From assembly GCA_964016885.1 (NCBI GenBank), contig OZ024746.1, positions 68,200,001 through 68,264,000 of the forward strand: DNA of 64,000 nt, written 5' to 3'. Made by a program: the position numbers and the translations under genes. The notes below the pieces were generated by a model. That model was given only the letters and a program-made list of their open reading frames with translations. It had not been told where the DNA came from and did no database searches. Shown here one piece after another: positions 39,937-54,021 of this stretch. Source of the DNA: Eledone cirrhosa (taxonomy: Eukaryota). Within the stretch, counting starts at the first letter, position 1. Every line of letters begins with the position of its first letter.

Positions 39937-41382
39937 TTAAATTCAATTGTTAAAAAATACTTTGTTGATTCTAATACAAAAACATATTGATGATGATGAT
40001 GGGGATGATGGTGGTGGTGGCTACTCAGCAGCAGTGCAGGTGGTCATAGCTGTTACAGTGGTGATGATGGTAGTAGTAGTGAATGATGATGATCAATGAT
40101 AATGATTTAGTATTGAGAGATTTCAGCATGGGGTAAAAAAAATGTTTGAAAACTATAGTTCAATATTGAAATAGATTCATCAAAACCAGTGTTGACATTC
40201 AGTTTTTGGAAGAAATTCTTCTTCTAAAATGATATTATTTTCTCTTTGTTTGAGAACAATAGAAATATGAATGCTGAAAGATTCTTTTATTGAACTTCAT
40301 AAATGTATTCATATTTGCTATAGCAACAGCACAGCTATTGTGGATCTGAATATTTTCCTTCGTTATTCAAGTTTATATAGCAACCAAACCAAATGTAAAT
40401 AATTATATAGCTGCTATGAATAACTTAGATTTCTTTGTTAAATAGGCTGGTTTCATGTATTACAGTTATAGTTATGCAGTATCTTTTAAATAACAAATAC
40501 CATGATAAAAATAGCAAATATATCCCATAGTTGTTATCTTAACATAATAAATGAAAAGAAGTTCTGTAGCTGACCATCTAAATTAGTCAATAGCATTATC
40601 ATCATCATTTTTATGTTCACTTTTCCATGCCAGCATGGCTTAGCTAACAGTTTTTCTACAGTTGGATGTGCTTTCTGACTCCAGCCCATATTTAATTAAG
40701 TATGCCATAAGAGTTGGTTACCAGATTGGATCACGAAAACAATATTTCCATTGGAATTTTCCCATCTGATACTATCTGCTGGTCACAATACCTGACAAAA
40801 AGAGATCCCCTCCTACTCTAACAATGTTTTGCCAATCTGCAAGCCCTTTGACTGGTACTTTATTTTATCAATGAAAAACAAAGTTGACTTCAGCAATATT
40901 TGTAATCATTGAATGCATTGAGCTGGAAAAAATATTAAATCCAACAGTCTAACAATTATGAAAATTGTATGGTATAAAAGAAAATTAACATTTACATAGG
41001 TACAGCCACACAATCACATATTGCTAAAATATCTTCCTTTCTCAAACTGGTAGTGTTTAATTTGAAAGAGATTTGATATTATTTCCTGTAAATTGAATGA
41101 TGAAGTAACATGCCACATTTGCTAGACAGTGGTTTGTTGTTGTTTAGCTCCAGGTCAGCTTTGATCCAACCATGATGATTCTATCTTTGTTTTTAAGCTG
41201 GCCAGGTATGATTCAGGGGTGAGTTAGTTGTTATTACTAATAGGTTGAGCAAACATATTGTGGCCCCCTTAATGGCCAAGTGGCTGTACAGTAATGCATG
41301 AAGGTAACTAATACAAAGCAATGTCAAGAATAATGTTCAATACAACAGCAGTAAATTAGCTTCCTCCCAACAATCTTCTATT

Positions 41383-41705
41383 TTTCATTTTCATTTTACG
41401 TCCGCTTTTCCCTGCTTGCAAGGGTGGGGCGGGAACTGATTCTGGCTTGATTTCTACAGCTCGATTCCCTTCCTAACACCAACCTCATTTACAGTGAGTG
41501 CTGGGTGCTTTTTTGCCGTGGCACCTCCATGACCACTTTGCAGTGGAATGATATGGACCCCAGTCCTATCATCTCATTTCTACAGCTGAGTAAACTTGAG
41601 CAATGTGAAATAAAGTGTCTTGCTCAAGGAAACAACACATCACCCGGTCTGAGAATTGAACTCACAACCTTTCGATTGCAAGCCCAATGCTCTAACCACT
41701 AAGCC
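41383..41705 (-). mobile_element. Chimeric SINE, copy b
   Basis: Colinear with 6670-7013. Confidence 0.88.
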
Positions 41706-42561
41706 TAACTGTTAACTGCTTTATCACATCACTACTCTTATTTTTCACATTTTTCATCTTATATATTGCTTCTTTTGCCTCCTGCTGGATTTCCATTTTT
41801 ATTTATCTCTCTTTTTGTTTCTTAACAGTAAGGGCACTAGATACCTCCCCTAGTATGGTATGGCTTAATAGCTCTATACAAACGTTTACATTGATTAAAT
41901 GAATAAAATATAAAGGGAATATTTAAATTATACTGGTGACTTACAAAATATAAAATGAAGAAAAAATAAATTTTAAAAGACAATAAGAATCATTTCAGAA
42001 GAACATATGATAGTTTATCCCTATTAGTATCTTAATCTCTCTCACCAGCAAGCATAAGAGTTACCACCACCATCTACCCCACTTTACCCTTTCCAGAACA
42101 ACCTATTTTCCATGACTCCATCCACCTCTCTCATTTCACACTTACAACTCTGTTTCACCTATCATACTCTTGCTCCTCTCATCCTCTCCCTCTGGTCTTA
42201 TTCCTTTCCTTCTCCTCTCTTTGATTTACCATCTTGGTCACAATGCCTTGAATGCCGAGTTACATAACAAGCTCATTCCTACAGAAGGCATGATACAATG
42301 CACCCAGTACAATCTGGAAAGTGGCTGGTTTTAGGAAAGGAATCCAGCCATAAAATCCATGCAAATAATAGAACTTACAAGCAATATGTGATCATATGAC
42401 CCATCTAAAAGGACTGGTTCGTACTTAGCAACACAGCCAACACATAAAACGGATGTAAAATGATGATGATAGAATTTGAAAGCAGATAGAATACTGAACA
42501 TTGCTTAAGAATACATAAAATTATGTATTTACAACAGTTTACTCATTTCTTTTTCCTTTTA

Positions 42562-45500
42562 TCATCATCATCATCATTGTCATCATTTTACGTCCGCTTT
42601 TCCCTGTTTGCAAGGGTTGGACGGGTCCTATTCAGCACAGCATCTCTCCACTTGTCACGGTCTTTCCTCATCTCCTCGGTGAGTTTCAGCGATCTGAGGT
42701 CTGCTCTCATCACCTCCGCCCATGTTTTTCGTGGTCTACCTCTACTGCGTCTTCTTTCTACTGGGATTTCTTGGCACTTCTTTACCCAGCGGTCATCCTC
42801 CATGCGCTTCACATGTCCATACCATCTCAGCCTCCTCTCCTGCACACCATAACATATCCCTCTTATACCCAGTTTCTTTCTCAACTCGTCTATGCTTGGT
42901 CATTCACGCACATTGACATTGCACATCCAATGGAGCATACTTGCTTCATTTCTCGCCAGCCGTTGCATATCTTCTGCAGTTGCTGCCCATGTCTCACTAC
43001 CATGCAGCATCGCGCATCTCACACAGGCATCATATAACCGTCCTTTTGTACACAGGGAGAAACCCTTCTTTGTCAAAAGAGGAAGCAGCTCCCTAAACTT
43101 CTTCCAACCCTTCCTTATTCTAGATACTATGGCCTCAGAACACCCTCCTCCCATGCTAATCTGATCACCTAGGGACCGGAAGATATCAACCACTTCTATA
43201 GAACCCACCTGCATTGGAAAAATGTGTCTATCACTGCGATTACTACTGTCAACTTTCCCTGTACATCTACTGCATACGTAGTTTTCCCTGTTAGTTTGCC
43301 TGCTATCCCACTACATCTCTTGTGTACCCAAGATCTGCGTATATTTTATGGAATTTATGCCAGTTCCTTTCCTACATATCGAACATGACCAATTCCCTGA
43401 TGGAATCAGAGTATTGTCCTCTCTTCTACTTATCAACACTTTTGTCTTAGCTATGTTCACTCTCAGTCCTCTTGATTCCAAATGCTGTTTCCATAGCCAG
43501 AGTTTATTCTCTAGGTCCTCTACTGATTCTGCTATAAGAACCAGATTATCAGCATAGAGAAGTTCCCATGGGCAGCTAGTCTTAAACTCCTCTGTTATGG
43601 CTTGGAGGACTATAATGAACAAGAGCGAGCTGAGGACAGACCCTACTTGTATCTGGAATTCCTCACTAAACTCCATTCCTACCCTCATTTTACTGACAGC
43701 ACCTCTGTACAAAGTTTGCACTGTCCTCACAAGCCATTCCTCAACACCTAGTTTCCTTAGGGACCACCAGATGACAGATCAGTGTACCCTATCAAAGGCC
43801 TTCTCTAGGTCAACAAAAGCTAAGTATAGTGGCTTATTCTTCTCTAAGAACATCTCTTGTAGTTACCTCACTAAGAAGAGGGCATCTGTTGTACTTTTCC
43901 GATGCACAAAACCAAACTGCATCTCATCTAATTTTTACCCTTTCTCTAATCAGTTGCGCTAATATTCTCTCTGCCACTTTCATAACCTGATCCATCAGCT
44001 TTATGCCCCTATAATTGCTCCTCTCTAGAGCATCCCCTTTACCTTTGTAGCAATTTATGAGAATACTGCTGCACCAGTTTTTGGGTATGACACCACCATA
44101 TATAGCTTGATTAATGATGCGTGCAACTAGTTTGGTGCCTACTTCTCCTGATGCCTTCAGCATCTCAGCAACTATCCCCAACAGTCCAGCAGCCTTACCA
44201 TTCTTCATTTCCTTAATTGCCTATTGTACCCTATACTCGTCAATTTCAATAGCTGGTCCCTCTGTTGGGTCTACTGGGGATAATTTCTCTCTGTACCATT
44301 CGTTCTCCACATTCATCAGTCTCTCATAATGACATTACCAGGCCTCCTTTTTTTTATCATTCGTGACACTAAGAACACTGGCATCATTCCGGACACACTT
44401 ATCTCTAACAAGATCCTGATTTGCACTGACACACTGCCTTGCAATGCGGTTGCCGTCGCAGAACATTGGGAAACTCCTACTCTCAGCCTCCCTGCGTGCT
44501 AAGTACACCTGTCGTCTAGCTTCTCTCTTAGTGGCTGTGTATCCTTCTCTACTCCCACCATTTTTCCAAGCCTTCCATGCCAGTCTTTTGTCTCTAATGG
44601 CCTTATCTACCGTGCTGTTCCACCACCAGGTCACTCTCTGTCTAGTTGAAGCTCTGCCCCAACCACAAGTTTCTTCAGTAGCCTGCAGTAAGTTGTCATG
44701 CAAGAAATTCCAGTTATCATCTATGTCATACAACTCTAAATCGTCTTCTTTTTCGTCATACACATCTTGAAGGGCTTTGCTAAATTTATATTTTAATGAA
44801 AGATCTTTTAGCTTCCAGACCTTCCTTTTCCACGCCTTCCTGTATGTCTCATTCTTTCTCTTGCTTACTGAGATATCACTAACGATTAACCTATGCTGTG
44901 GGGTACATTCTTCACCGGGGTATGCCTTAGTATTTGACACCATCTGTCTGTCTCACTGTTTAACTAGCAGGAAGTCAATCTGGCTTATGTGCTCGCCTGA
45001 TTTGTAGGTTATTAGGTTATTAGGAAGTTAGTGTTGCAAATGGTTAGAACATTTTTTGCATCACAAAATTCAAGAAGCCTCATTCCTTCTTCATTTCTTG
45101 AGCCATAACCCTGCCTACCATGTACCCAAGTGTATCCATCCTGGAGCTGTCCAACATGTCCATTGAAGTCCCCCACTAGCATAACGATGTCTCTGTCCTC
45201 TGTCATTGAGGTTGTTTGTAAAAGTTGCTCGTAAAAGCAGTCTTTCTCTTCTTTACCTAGGCCTGCCTGGGGAGCATAGGCAGAGATGATTGTCAGTAGT
45301 CTCTTGCCTACAACTAATCTAAGCTTAATTATTCTATTACTAACTCTAACTACCTCTATTGTCTTATTGATCCATTTCTCAGCCAGTAATATGCCCACCC
45401 CACCTAACCCATCATCATTACCCACCCAGAAAGCATATAACTACGATGTTTGTCTGCAATTATTCTTGCAGAGGCACCTCTCCATCTCACCTCTTGCACA

Positions 45501-45740
45501 CAGCACACATCCACATGCCTTGTCTCCAGCATCTCTGCTATCTCACCAGATCTACCTGTTAGAGTGCCAACATTAAGTGTGGCAACTCTGAGATGCAACA
45601 TCTCATTCTTTTTCCTGTTGTACGATTGCCTGATGATGGTCGTGGGGTTCTCACACATGGCCTCACTAGCCACCCCACTACTGTGCGCAGCCTTAACATG
45701 GTTAGTGTTATTGCTCTTTATGCAGTTGTTTTTGTGTGTA
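42562..45740 (-). mobile_element. RTE family B-like, near full length, decayed
   Basis: ORF fragments from LRVATLNVGTL (APE start) through RT to TRPTLANREKRT*; multiple frameshifts; (CAT)n tail. Confidence 0.93.
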
Positions 45741-47499
45741 TAATTTTATAGCATATGTCTTTCAGGCAATAACATAATAATTTCTTCCTAATTAGTAGAA
45801 ATACATCATTAGGGGAACAGACCACTTTTGTATGTATGTTAACCATTGATTAGTAACAGGATGGTGATACACCACAAAGCTGAAGAGATTAGTTTGGGGC
45901 TTCAATGCTAACAACATCAATTCAGTGTTTCATCTCATTAGTGTCAATATATTTATTAAGGTTGAGACCTTTCATTGAAGGACAGGAAGTTACTGAAACT
46001 TGCTTTAGGCTGTACCTTAATAAATTCTTCCACATCATCTATATCTATTCTTCTGAATACTAAAATGTATAATTGAATAAGCAAAAATCAATTTCCCTAT
46101 GAAAAATATCTAGGTTCATATAATAATTTCTTACAATAAGTACAAGACCAGACATTTTAGGGAGAGGAGTTGATTGATTAAATCAATGCCAGTACTTCAT
46201 TGATACTTTTATTGACCCTGGAACGATGAAAGGCAAAGTCAACCATTCATGTTTTGAACTCATAAAGGGCCATACAGCAAAGCACTTTTATTTTATTCTG
46301 CCAATCCATTACCTTCTTGATTTGTATAATGAGAAAAATTGCATATGCCCTCTAGCAATATTTCACTATAATCCTGAGCCACTAAAAAGACTCTAAGTAA
46401 CTTTTCTGACATTAAACATCTATTCATTCATAGTTAATGAATTTAGATAAAGATTTTAGCTGTTAGCATTATTTATGTAATTTAAACACTATTAGTTGAA
46501 GTGTAATAAACATCATTATCATCATCATTTTACATCCACTTTCTTTGGTAGCTGGGATTACATGGTTCATCACATTCTAAGTTTGGAGTTATTGACAGGA
46601 TTTCTACAACTAGAAACCGTTTCTAACACCAACCAGTTTACACCAGTGTACAGAATGCATTAGATGCATTTTATAATGGCACCAGCACTAAAGGGGTTGC
46701 CATATTCTCATTAAGACTAAAGAGAACTCTCTACCCTTTGTTGTCTCAATTCAATCATCAACCACTGTACAGAGTGCACTGGGGAACATGTCATTGTGGA
46801 ACCAGCAGTAGAGGAGTTGTTTTGTCCACTTCAAGACTCAGAGTCCTTTCCACATCAGGCAGTCACCATTCTTTCAAAGTGAATAGGACTAAGCGGGTGA
46901 TTTGAAGGTGGGTAATGACTAAGAGTTCAAAGAAGAGGGAGTATGATTTGAGAGTGAAGGGAGAAAAACAGTTAATGTTTGTTAAGAAAAAAAATTTGGA
47001 AAAAGCTTTTAGGGAAGCAAGCAGTTTAATACAGTTGTGATAAAAACTGTAGAATATAAATGGCAATAAGGAAACAAAAAGAAATAGATAAAAGAAGAAA
47101 AAAATAGATTGAACAACAAAAGAAAGGGAAGGGGGAAGGAGCGGCAGACTCTATACCCCAGTTTGAGTGTTATGTTTTAGCTGTGCACTGTAGACAAAAT
47201 GGCTAAAGTATTGCTATAAAGAATGGCCAGCAACACCCACTGGAACAGCCATCCCACCTTACAGGGCTCCTTCCTCAAGCAGGCTTCTTTACAATTTTAT
47301 GAAGGAAAACAGCAGATTGGGGACTGAGAATATCTGAGGTCTAGACAGTGACCAGTGAAAAGATGAAGCAGATGGTCAAGCAAGGAAAACTAAGAGTGGT
47401 GGGTAGGGAGTACAGTACATATTTACAAGGAGATAGTCACAAAATCTAAATGCATTTGTTTTATTTTCATTTGTTTTTTTTTGTTTTTTTTTCTCTTAG

Positions 47500-47712
47500 A
47501 ATGTCCGAGGAACCTGCGAGTCTAGAGTCAGGTTGATCCACACATGGATCGCACCTCGAGCTGTTCGCCGGGGAAACAATTGTAGCACACAATAAATTGA
47601 GTTCCGATGCATCACTGATTTTTCGTTTTCCATTCTATAATACTCTGCTCCGTAGGAGCATAGAATGCTCAACCGGCATACCGCCTATGGAAGCATTTTA
47701 TCTACCATTAGA
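47500..47712 (+). repeat. CpG-rich short insert with a degenerate hammerhead-like core
   Basis: ccgagga (47505) ... GAAAC-aatt-GTA (47573-47584); internal hairpins acctg/caggt and gatcca/tggatc. Confidence 0.35.
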
Positions 47713-48062
47713 CATATATATATATATATGTGTGTGGGTGTGTGTATTAGCTGAGAGTTAGTTTTTCAAATTTTAGCTGATACATAATAACAGAAGATAA
47801 AAACTTGTATGTTGTTCTAAAAGAGATATCAGTGAAATATTTTGTCAAAAAATTTATGACTTAAATATTGAATCATTTTTCAATTAACCAATATGAACAT
47901 TATAAAGCCTCAAAAAAAATCTATATATACACTTTAACTTATGTAGGCAAAAAATAAATAGATTAGGATCTATCTAATAATGATGATATAAGTCTCATCA
48001 GATATTCATTTTTATTTAATATATGATATCAACAGAACATTTTATAAATAAAAGTCTGAACG

Positions 48063-48211
48063 TATCATCATCATCATCATCGATTAATATCCGTCTTCCA
48101 CGCTAGCATGGGTTAGACGGGTCCTATTTTGAGGCAAGTTGAATCGGGTGACCATGTCTCATAGGGGTGTTTCTGGCTGGTTTTCTATGGCTGGATGTCC
48201 TTCCTAACGCC

Positions 48212-48212
<1 letters not shown>
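48063..48212 (-). mobile_element. RTE-type 3' tail fragment
   Basis: Homologous to 4381-4530. Confidence 0.75.
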
Positions 48213-48242
<30 letters not shown>

Positions 48243-48283
48243 CACTCTTTTTTCCTGGACCTTTCCGACGGAATTACTTCATT

Positions 48284-48341
<58 letters not shown>

Positions 48342-48609
48342 AAATGTAAACAGAAACAATAAAGCACAGTACAAAGAAAAAATATGTTAGTTTAATGCTT
48401 GATAGAGTAGGAGTAGAAAAGACTCTTTATGTTTCAGACACTAGTCCTTTATCAGAAGATAGAATAAGAAATAAAATATGAAATAGAAAAATAGAGAGTG
48501 AGAAGAGGAAGGACCGGAAAAAAACCTTTTGAGAAAAAGCACGCATGTATTCAGTCAGCCATTTTGGAAAAAAAAGTGTGTGTGTGTATGTTTATATATA
48601 TATATATAT

Positions 48610-48918
48610 CGTTGTGAGTTCAATTCTCAGACTGGATGATGTGTTGTTTCCTTCAGCAAGACACTTTATTTCACATTGCTCCAGTTTACTCAGCTGTAGA
48701 AATGAGATGATAGGACTGGGGTCCCTATCATTCCACTGCAAAGTGGTCGTGGAGGGGCCACGGCAAAAAAGCACACAGCACTCAATGTAAATGAGGTTGG
48801 TGTTAGGAAGGGCATCCAGCTGTAGAAATCTAGCCAGAATCAGTTCTCGTCCCACCCTTGCAAGCAGGGAAAAGTGGACGTAAAATGAAACGATGATGAT
48901 GATGATGATGATGATGAT
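48610..48918 (+). mobile_element. Chimeric SINE, copy c (5'-truncated)
   Basis: Colinear with 6670-7013; (GAT)n tail. Confidence 0.88.
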
Positions 48919-49029
48919 CGTATCATATGTAAAAAAGAATAAACGTGATGGACCCTAATTAATCAACATAGGCCAAAAATATCAGAAGAGAGTAGGCAAA
49001 GAGAGTAGAGGAGAAAGGACAAATTGATA

Positions 49030-49360
49030 TTGAATACCAGGTATCAGATTAACTGGTAAAACAGAACTGCAAGACTGACAAAAATGAGTGGGTAGACAGA
49101 AAAGTGCAAGATGCAAAAGATAGAAGTAACAGAAATGACACAAAGACATTGTGCCACATAATCAGAAAACTCACTGGTTCAAAAAATAACAGTAGAATTC
49201 CAGTCAAAGACCCTGAGCAAGTTGATAGAATAACATCCATAAGTTCAGCTAGTCTTGCTTAGGGAATTCAGCTGAATCAATTGGAGATGGTTGCTTCTGA
49301 CAGGACTCGCTGGAAGGAGTACTGGAAGACTCTCTTCCTCACAACCCTCTGAGGAAGAAG
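49030..49360 (+). mobile_element. Relic of a different RTE lineage (internally deleted)
   Basis: Translates LVKQNCKTDKNEWVDRKVQDA..NDTKTLCHIIRKLTG..IPVKD (RTE linker-like), then LEMVASDRTRWK (RTE C-terminus-like). Confidence 0.55.
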
Positions 49361-49919
49361 GCGGTGGAGGGGTTGGGAAGGTAGGGGAGGGGGAGGAGAA
49401 GGAGGGGAGGGGGGGGGGAGAATGAAATATTGTTTTTGAAGCAGAGCTTCCTGGAATTATTTCCATATTGGTGGAATATTGTAGTCAGCTAAATATAGTT
49501 ATTTTATGAAAAAGCAAAAAGATGTGTATTTTACACCAGTAGTTCTTTCTATAAGCAAAGTCAAAACTAACTGCAACAAAAAAAAAAATCAATATTTTCC
49601 ATCTAAGAGAGTGCTCTGTAGTATTGATCTATAAGTGTGGATTGTATGAGAAGAGACTATGAAATAAGAGAGCAATGAGATGAAAGATGTCTTAATGAAA
49701 TTCGGGAGCATAGATATAGTAAAATGGAATGCTAAAACTGAATTGATGTAAAATATGTATACTTCCTTACATATCAATCACATAGATGAGGAAAGCCTCT
49801 ACATAGTTGATCAACATGCTAGAAATAGCAGCTACATATCTTTCAAATCACACCTTGCTTTATTAAACAATGAAGAATATTTTAGATAATGTAGTATTAG
49901 ATATACTATGATTGAAAAT

Positions 49920-50133
49920 AATTGTTTCTAGATTTGGCACAAGGCCAGCAATTATCCAAACACATTACTGGTACTTTATTTTATCGATCCTGTATGGATG
50001 AAAGGCAAAGTTAACCTCGGTGGGATTTGAACTCAGACTGTAAAGGGCCGTAACTCTTTGCTGCAAAGCATGGCGTCCGACCCTCTACTGATACTGCCAA
50101 TCCACTCTACAAGATGGATTGGCAGTATCGGTA
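49920..50133 (-). mobile_element. tRNA-derived SINE (family 1) with a 5' snap-back duplication
   Basis: SINE 49920-50105 followed by an inverted copy of its first ~19 nt at 50115-50133. Confidence 0.85.
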
Positions 50134-50635
50134 TGCTGAAAATGTTATGGGATGGTTATGGTTGGAATGCTTTTGATCAAAAGTTTACTCACTTGGGTTG
50201 ACCTTCGTCTAAATAACAACAATAGTGAAGGGAGAAATATCGGTGAAATTTTTTTAAATATTTCATTGATTAACTAAAGATATTTCAGCAGCATCCATAA
50301 TATATCAAAATATAATCGATTACCACCAAATCCTTTAGAATTTTTATTTTAAAGAATTTCAAAACTACTTTTAAAAACTGTATTTTCTTATTAGAAACAA
50401 AACAAAGTTTCCTAAATGTTCCTTATAAATATTTTCTTGCATTGGTATGGGCCCACAGCATATCAACTCAAAGTATATTGTTGATAATTATTAATTTATT
50501 AACTCCGGGAGGATAAAAGGGAAAGCTGAATATAGCAGGATTTGAAATCAGAACATAAAATGATGAAATTAAATATCACAAGTGACTCTGTTTGATGATC
50601 TACTGATTTTTCTATGCAATGCCCACTCATTAATA

Positions 50636-50818
50636 ATTGTTTCTACATTTGGCACAAGGCCAGCAATTACCCAGCACATTACTGGTACTTTATTTTATCG
50701 ACCCCATAAGGATGAATGGCAAAGTTAACCTGGGCGGGATTTGAACTCAGATCGTAAAGGGACGTAACTATGCTGGGAAACATGGCATCCGACTCTCTAC
50801 CTATACTGCCAACCCACC
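50636..50818 (-). mobile_element. tRNA-derived SINE (family 1), tandem copy 1
   Basis: TSD TGCCCACTCATTAATAA. Confidence 0.9.
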
Positions 50819-50834
50819 TGCCCACTCATTAATA

Positions 50835-51010
50835 ACTGTTTTCACTTTTGGCACAAGGTCATCAATTACCCAGTACGTTACTGGTACTTTATTTTATCGA
50901 CCCCGTAAGGATGAAAGGCAAAGTTAACCTCGGCGGGATTTGAACTCGGACCGTAAAGGGACATAACTATGCTGGAAAGCATGGTGTCCGACCCTCTACT
51001 GATACTGCCA
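50835..51010 (-). mobile_element. tRNA-derived SINE (family 1), tandem copy 2
   Basis: Immediately follows copy 1; ATTAATAA on both sides. Confidence 0.9.
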
Positions 51011-52599
51011 TATTAATAATGACACTTAAATTGTAAATTATTTATAGTTAAAATTCATTTTGAAAATAATTGAGAATTTTCAGAGATTTAGAGAAATAAC
51101 TAATGTTTTAAACCTTTAGAAAACAAATTCATGGCCTAATCAGAACCATAACTTTTTAGGCTTCTGTCACTGAAGAAGAGAGGAAGTCATCACAAGACTT
51201 TTGTTAACTCAAGGCTGTGGAACTAGATATTAGTCAACAGTGCATTTCACTAGGATTAAGCCACAAATCACATAATTACAAATAAAATCTCAGAATCACA
51301 AAGACATTAACTGAAAGAAATTCCTGAAATTTAAGTGAATTTGTTGCTCTTTAACATTCTAGAGTGCAAGGACTTGTATGGCACTTATTTCATTGTCAAA
51401 CTACTAATTTACAGGCATAAACAAATAGCACCAATTTGTAAACAGTGTAGACACAGATGGACATACACATGCACACACACATATATACAATAGGTTTTTG
51501 CACAATTCTCTCTGTAAAATTTCACTCAGAAGGCATTGATGAACCCAAGGCTATAGTAGAAGGCTCTTGCCCAGGTTGCCATACAGAAGGACCAAACCCC
51601 AAAACATGTGGTTGCAAAGCAAACCTCTTTAATATACAATCATACCTAATCATATTCTTTTATTCTTTTACTGGTTTCAATCAGTAGACTGGAGCTATGC
51701 TGGGGCACCGCCTTAAACATATTTAATCAACTATGGAAATGCTTAAAGTATTAATGAGTAATAGGCATTTAAGAGCTAACATACTTAATTCATGAAGAAT
51801 TAAACCGTTACCATCACTTTAAGGTGTTCCACTGGAACTTAACTGAAATTGTCAGTATTATTTGTATAACATGCAATCAGTTGGCAATGTAATTAAATAA
51901 TAAACATGTATGCATAAAACAGTGTATATTAGATGATCTAAGACGACTTAATGTATGTATAACTTGAGATTCTAAAATTATTATCCTTGCTGAAAAAGTG
52001 AACAAGTGGAACATTTTCGATCATAGGCTTGCTCAACGGAGGTTGGAATAACCTAGGGCTAAACAATAATATCAATAAAAAAAAAGAAACAGAAAGAGCA
52101 TACAAGATAAATAGACAACTCCCACATGCTGACATGGACTCATTTGTTAGACTGACGAGAGAATATGACACACAAACACATACAGACAAATAAAACCATA
52201 TACACAAGGAAAAACATACACACAAAAGAACTCATATATCACATATTTTTTTAAATTAAAACTGTTTATAATGAAGAATAATTTCCTGATTCCTGTGAGG
52301 AATCAGCTTGATAGAATTTTTTTCTCAGCAGCCATTTGCAATAGCCTCCTGTGAATTTTTTCAATTTCCAACAATCTCCCAGGACATTCAATATGACTTA
52401 AATAATATAGAGAGCGAAATTAAATAAATCGTAAATATTTACTTGTTAAATTTTACTAAGATTTCTGATTTCTCAGTTTTGTGGGACCAGGTATTCAGCG
52501 TATCAGTAATTTGTTTTGTAAATGTGAAAAAGCATCAACATTTATTTTTATACAAACCTTCATTGAATAAGGAAATATGTATGTATGTATATATGAATG

Positions 52600-53285
52600 T
52601 ATGTACATTCATATACTGCATGGCAAACTGGCCAGTGAAAAGCAACCACCTCAGAAGCCCAGAAAGAGATATAAGAACTGTCTTAAAGGGTCACTTATAT
52701 GTGCTAACATCAATATTGCAACATGGGAAATACTTGGTTTGGTGCCTGAGTGAAAGACCCCTGGTTCTTGTTAGGACATAATCCTAGGAGAAGGAAAACT
52801 CTGATGTAATACCTGCAAGGGTTCTAATGTAAAATTATGGTAAAATATTTTTAGATAAATATAAACACTTTAAAAATATGAACACATAGGACCAGGGGTA
52901 GTGTCAAAAGGTTAAAGAAAATTTGCTGCATCTTCTTGTCCAACAAAAGGTCAAATGAGAAGCTGTGCTGCAAAACTGGATGCAATTATATGATCCTTGA
53001 AAAACATCTAAATAATAATTAAAAAAACATGGATCATGTGGCTAGGCAATGCATTCAGAATGGACTGGGGCAGCATATAATAGTTAGCATTATGATAGAT
53101 ATCATCTGGAAAGTAAACTTGTGAATCTCCAAAGAACACCTGTTGTAGTATAGAACAGTTGAAGGTGAGCTGAGAGAATCACATCTTACCTGAGACAGAT
53201 ATAGAGAGTGGTTTAAACATTAGTGTGAATGGCACTGAAACAGCAAAGCCTTATTTTCCAATCAGAAAGAAAAAGAATTAGTTCT
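52600..53285 (+). mobile_element. Decayed RTE-derived sequence (5' UTR-like motif + ORF 3' end)
   Basis: 'taggagaaggaaaactctgat' motif, then degenerate WLGNAFRM..PKNT..TVEGELRE-like coding remnants. Confidence 0.45.
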
Positions 53286-53854
53286 ATATTAAGAGGAAGA
53301 GGAAGAGTAAGAGGAAGTTGATTAAATCAACCCTAGTGCATTATTCTTACTTTATTTTATCAACTGTGAAAAGCAAAGCAATCCTTTGCAGGATTTGAAC
53401 TCAGAATGTAAAGGGCTGTAATTATATGCAACATGTATGAGGGGTTGCCAAGAAAGATACCTGCAATTCATAAAACTTATATTTGTAGCAAGTTTTAGGG
53501 TTTTAACAATGCAATTTACAAGACTAGAGAAAATAGTAAAACAGAATTCATTGCAGACAAATTGAACTACTTTTGACACTTATAATTAAGTACTTGATTA
53601 TATAATTATTTTCTATTGCATCAACAAATAAATGATAGATGATCCACTCAGACTTACAAAAAATTATTCTGAAAATGTTTGTTTATTCCTGATCTTCTTG
53701 TTGAAGTTGAATGTAATTTAATGAAGTTCTCAAAACTTGTCACTAATTAACATACATATTAATGACTGTGAATAAAAGATGGAAGTATAAATGTTTAACA
53801 TAGAAATTAATTTCAAATCAAAATATTGTTGACTTCTATTTCATGACTGATATA

Positions 53855-54021
53855 CGAGGGTGGGCTGAAAAATTCATAAACTAACTATGAAGGAGAGATG
53901 CACAAGCTGTGAAATCTTGCATACATTAATTTCAACCCTTTTTATTAATAAGTGCACTGTTTCTTTATTTGAAAAATAAACCTTATTTGGTCATTCCTGT
54001 GAACTTTTCAGCTGGCCCTTG
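53855..54021. mobile_element. Mariner-derived MITE
   Basis: TA-cgagggtgggctgaaaaattc ... gaacttttcagctggcccttg-TA. Confidence 0.7.
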
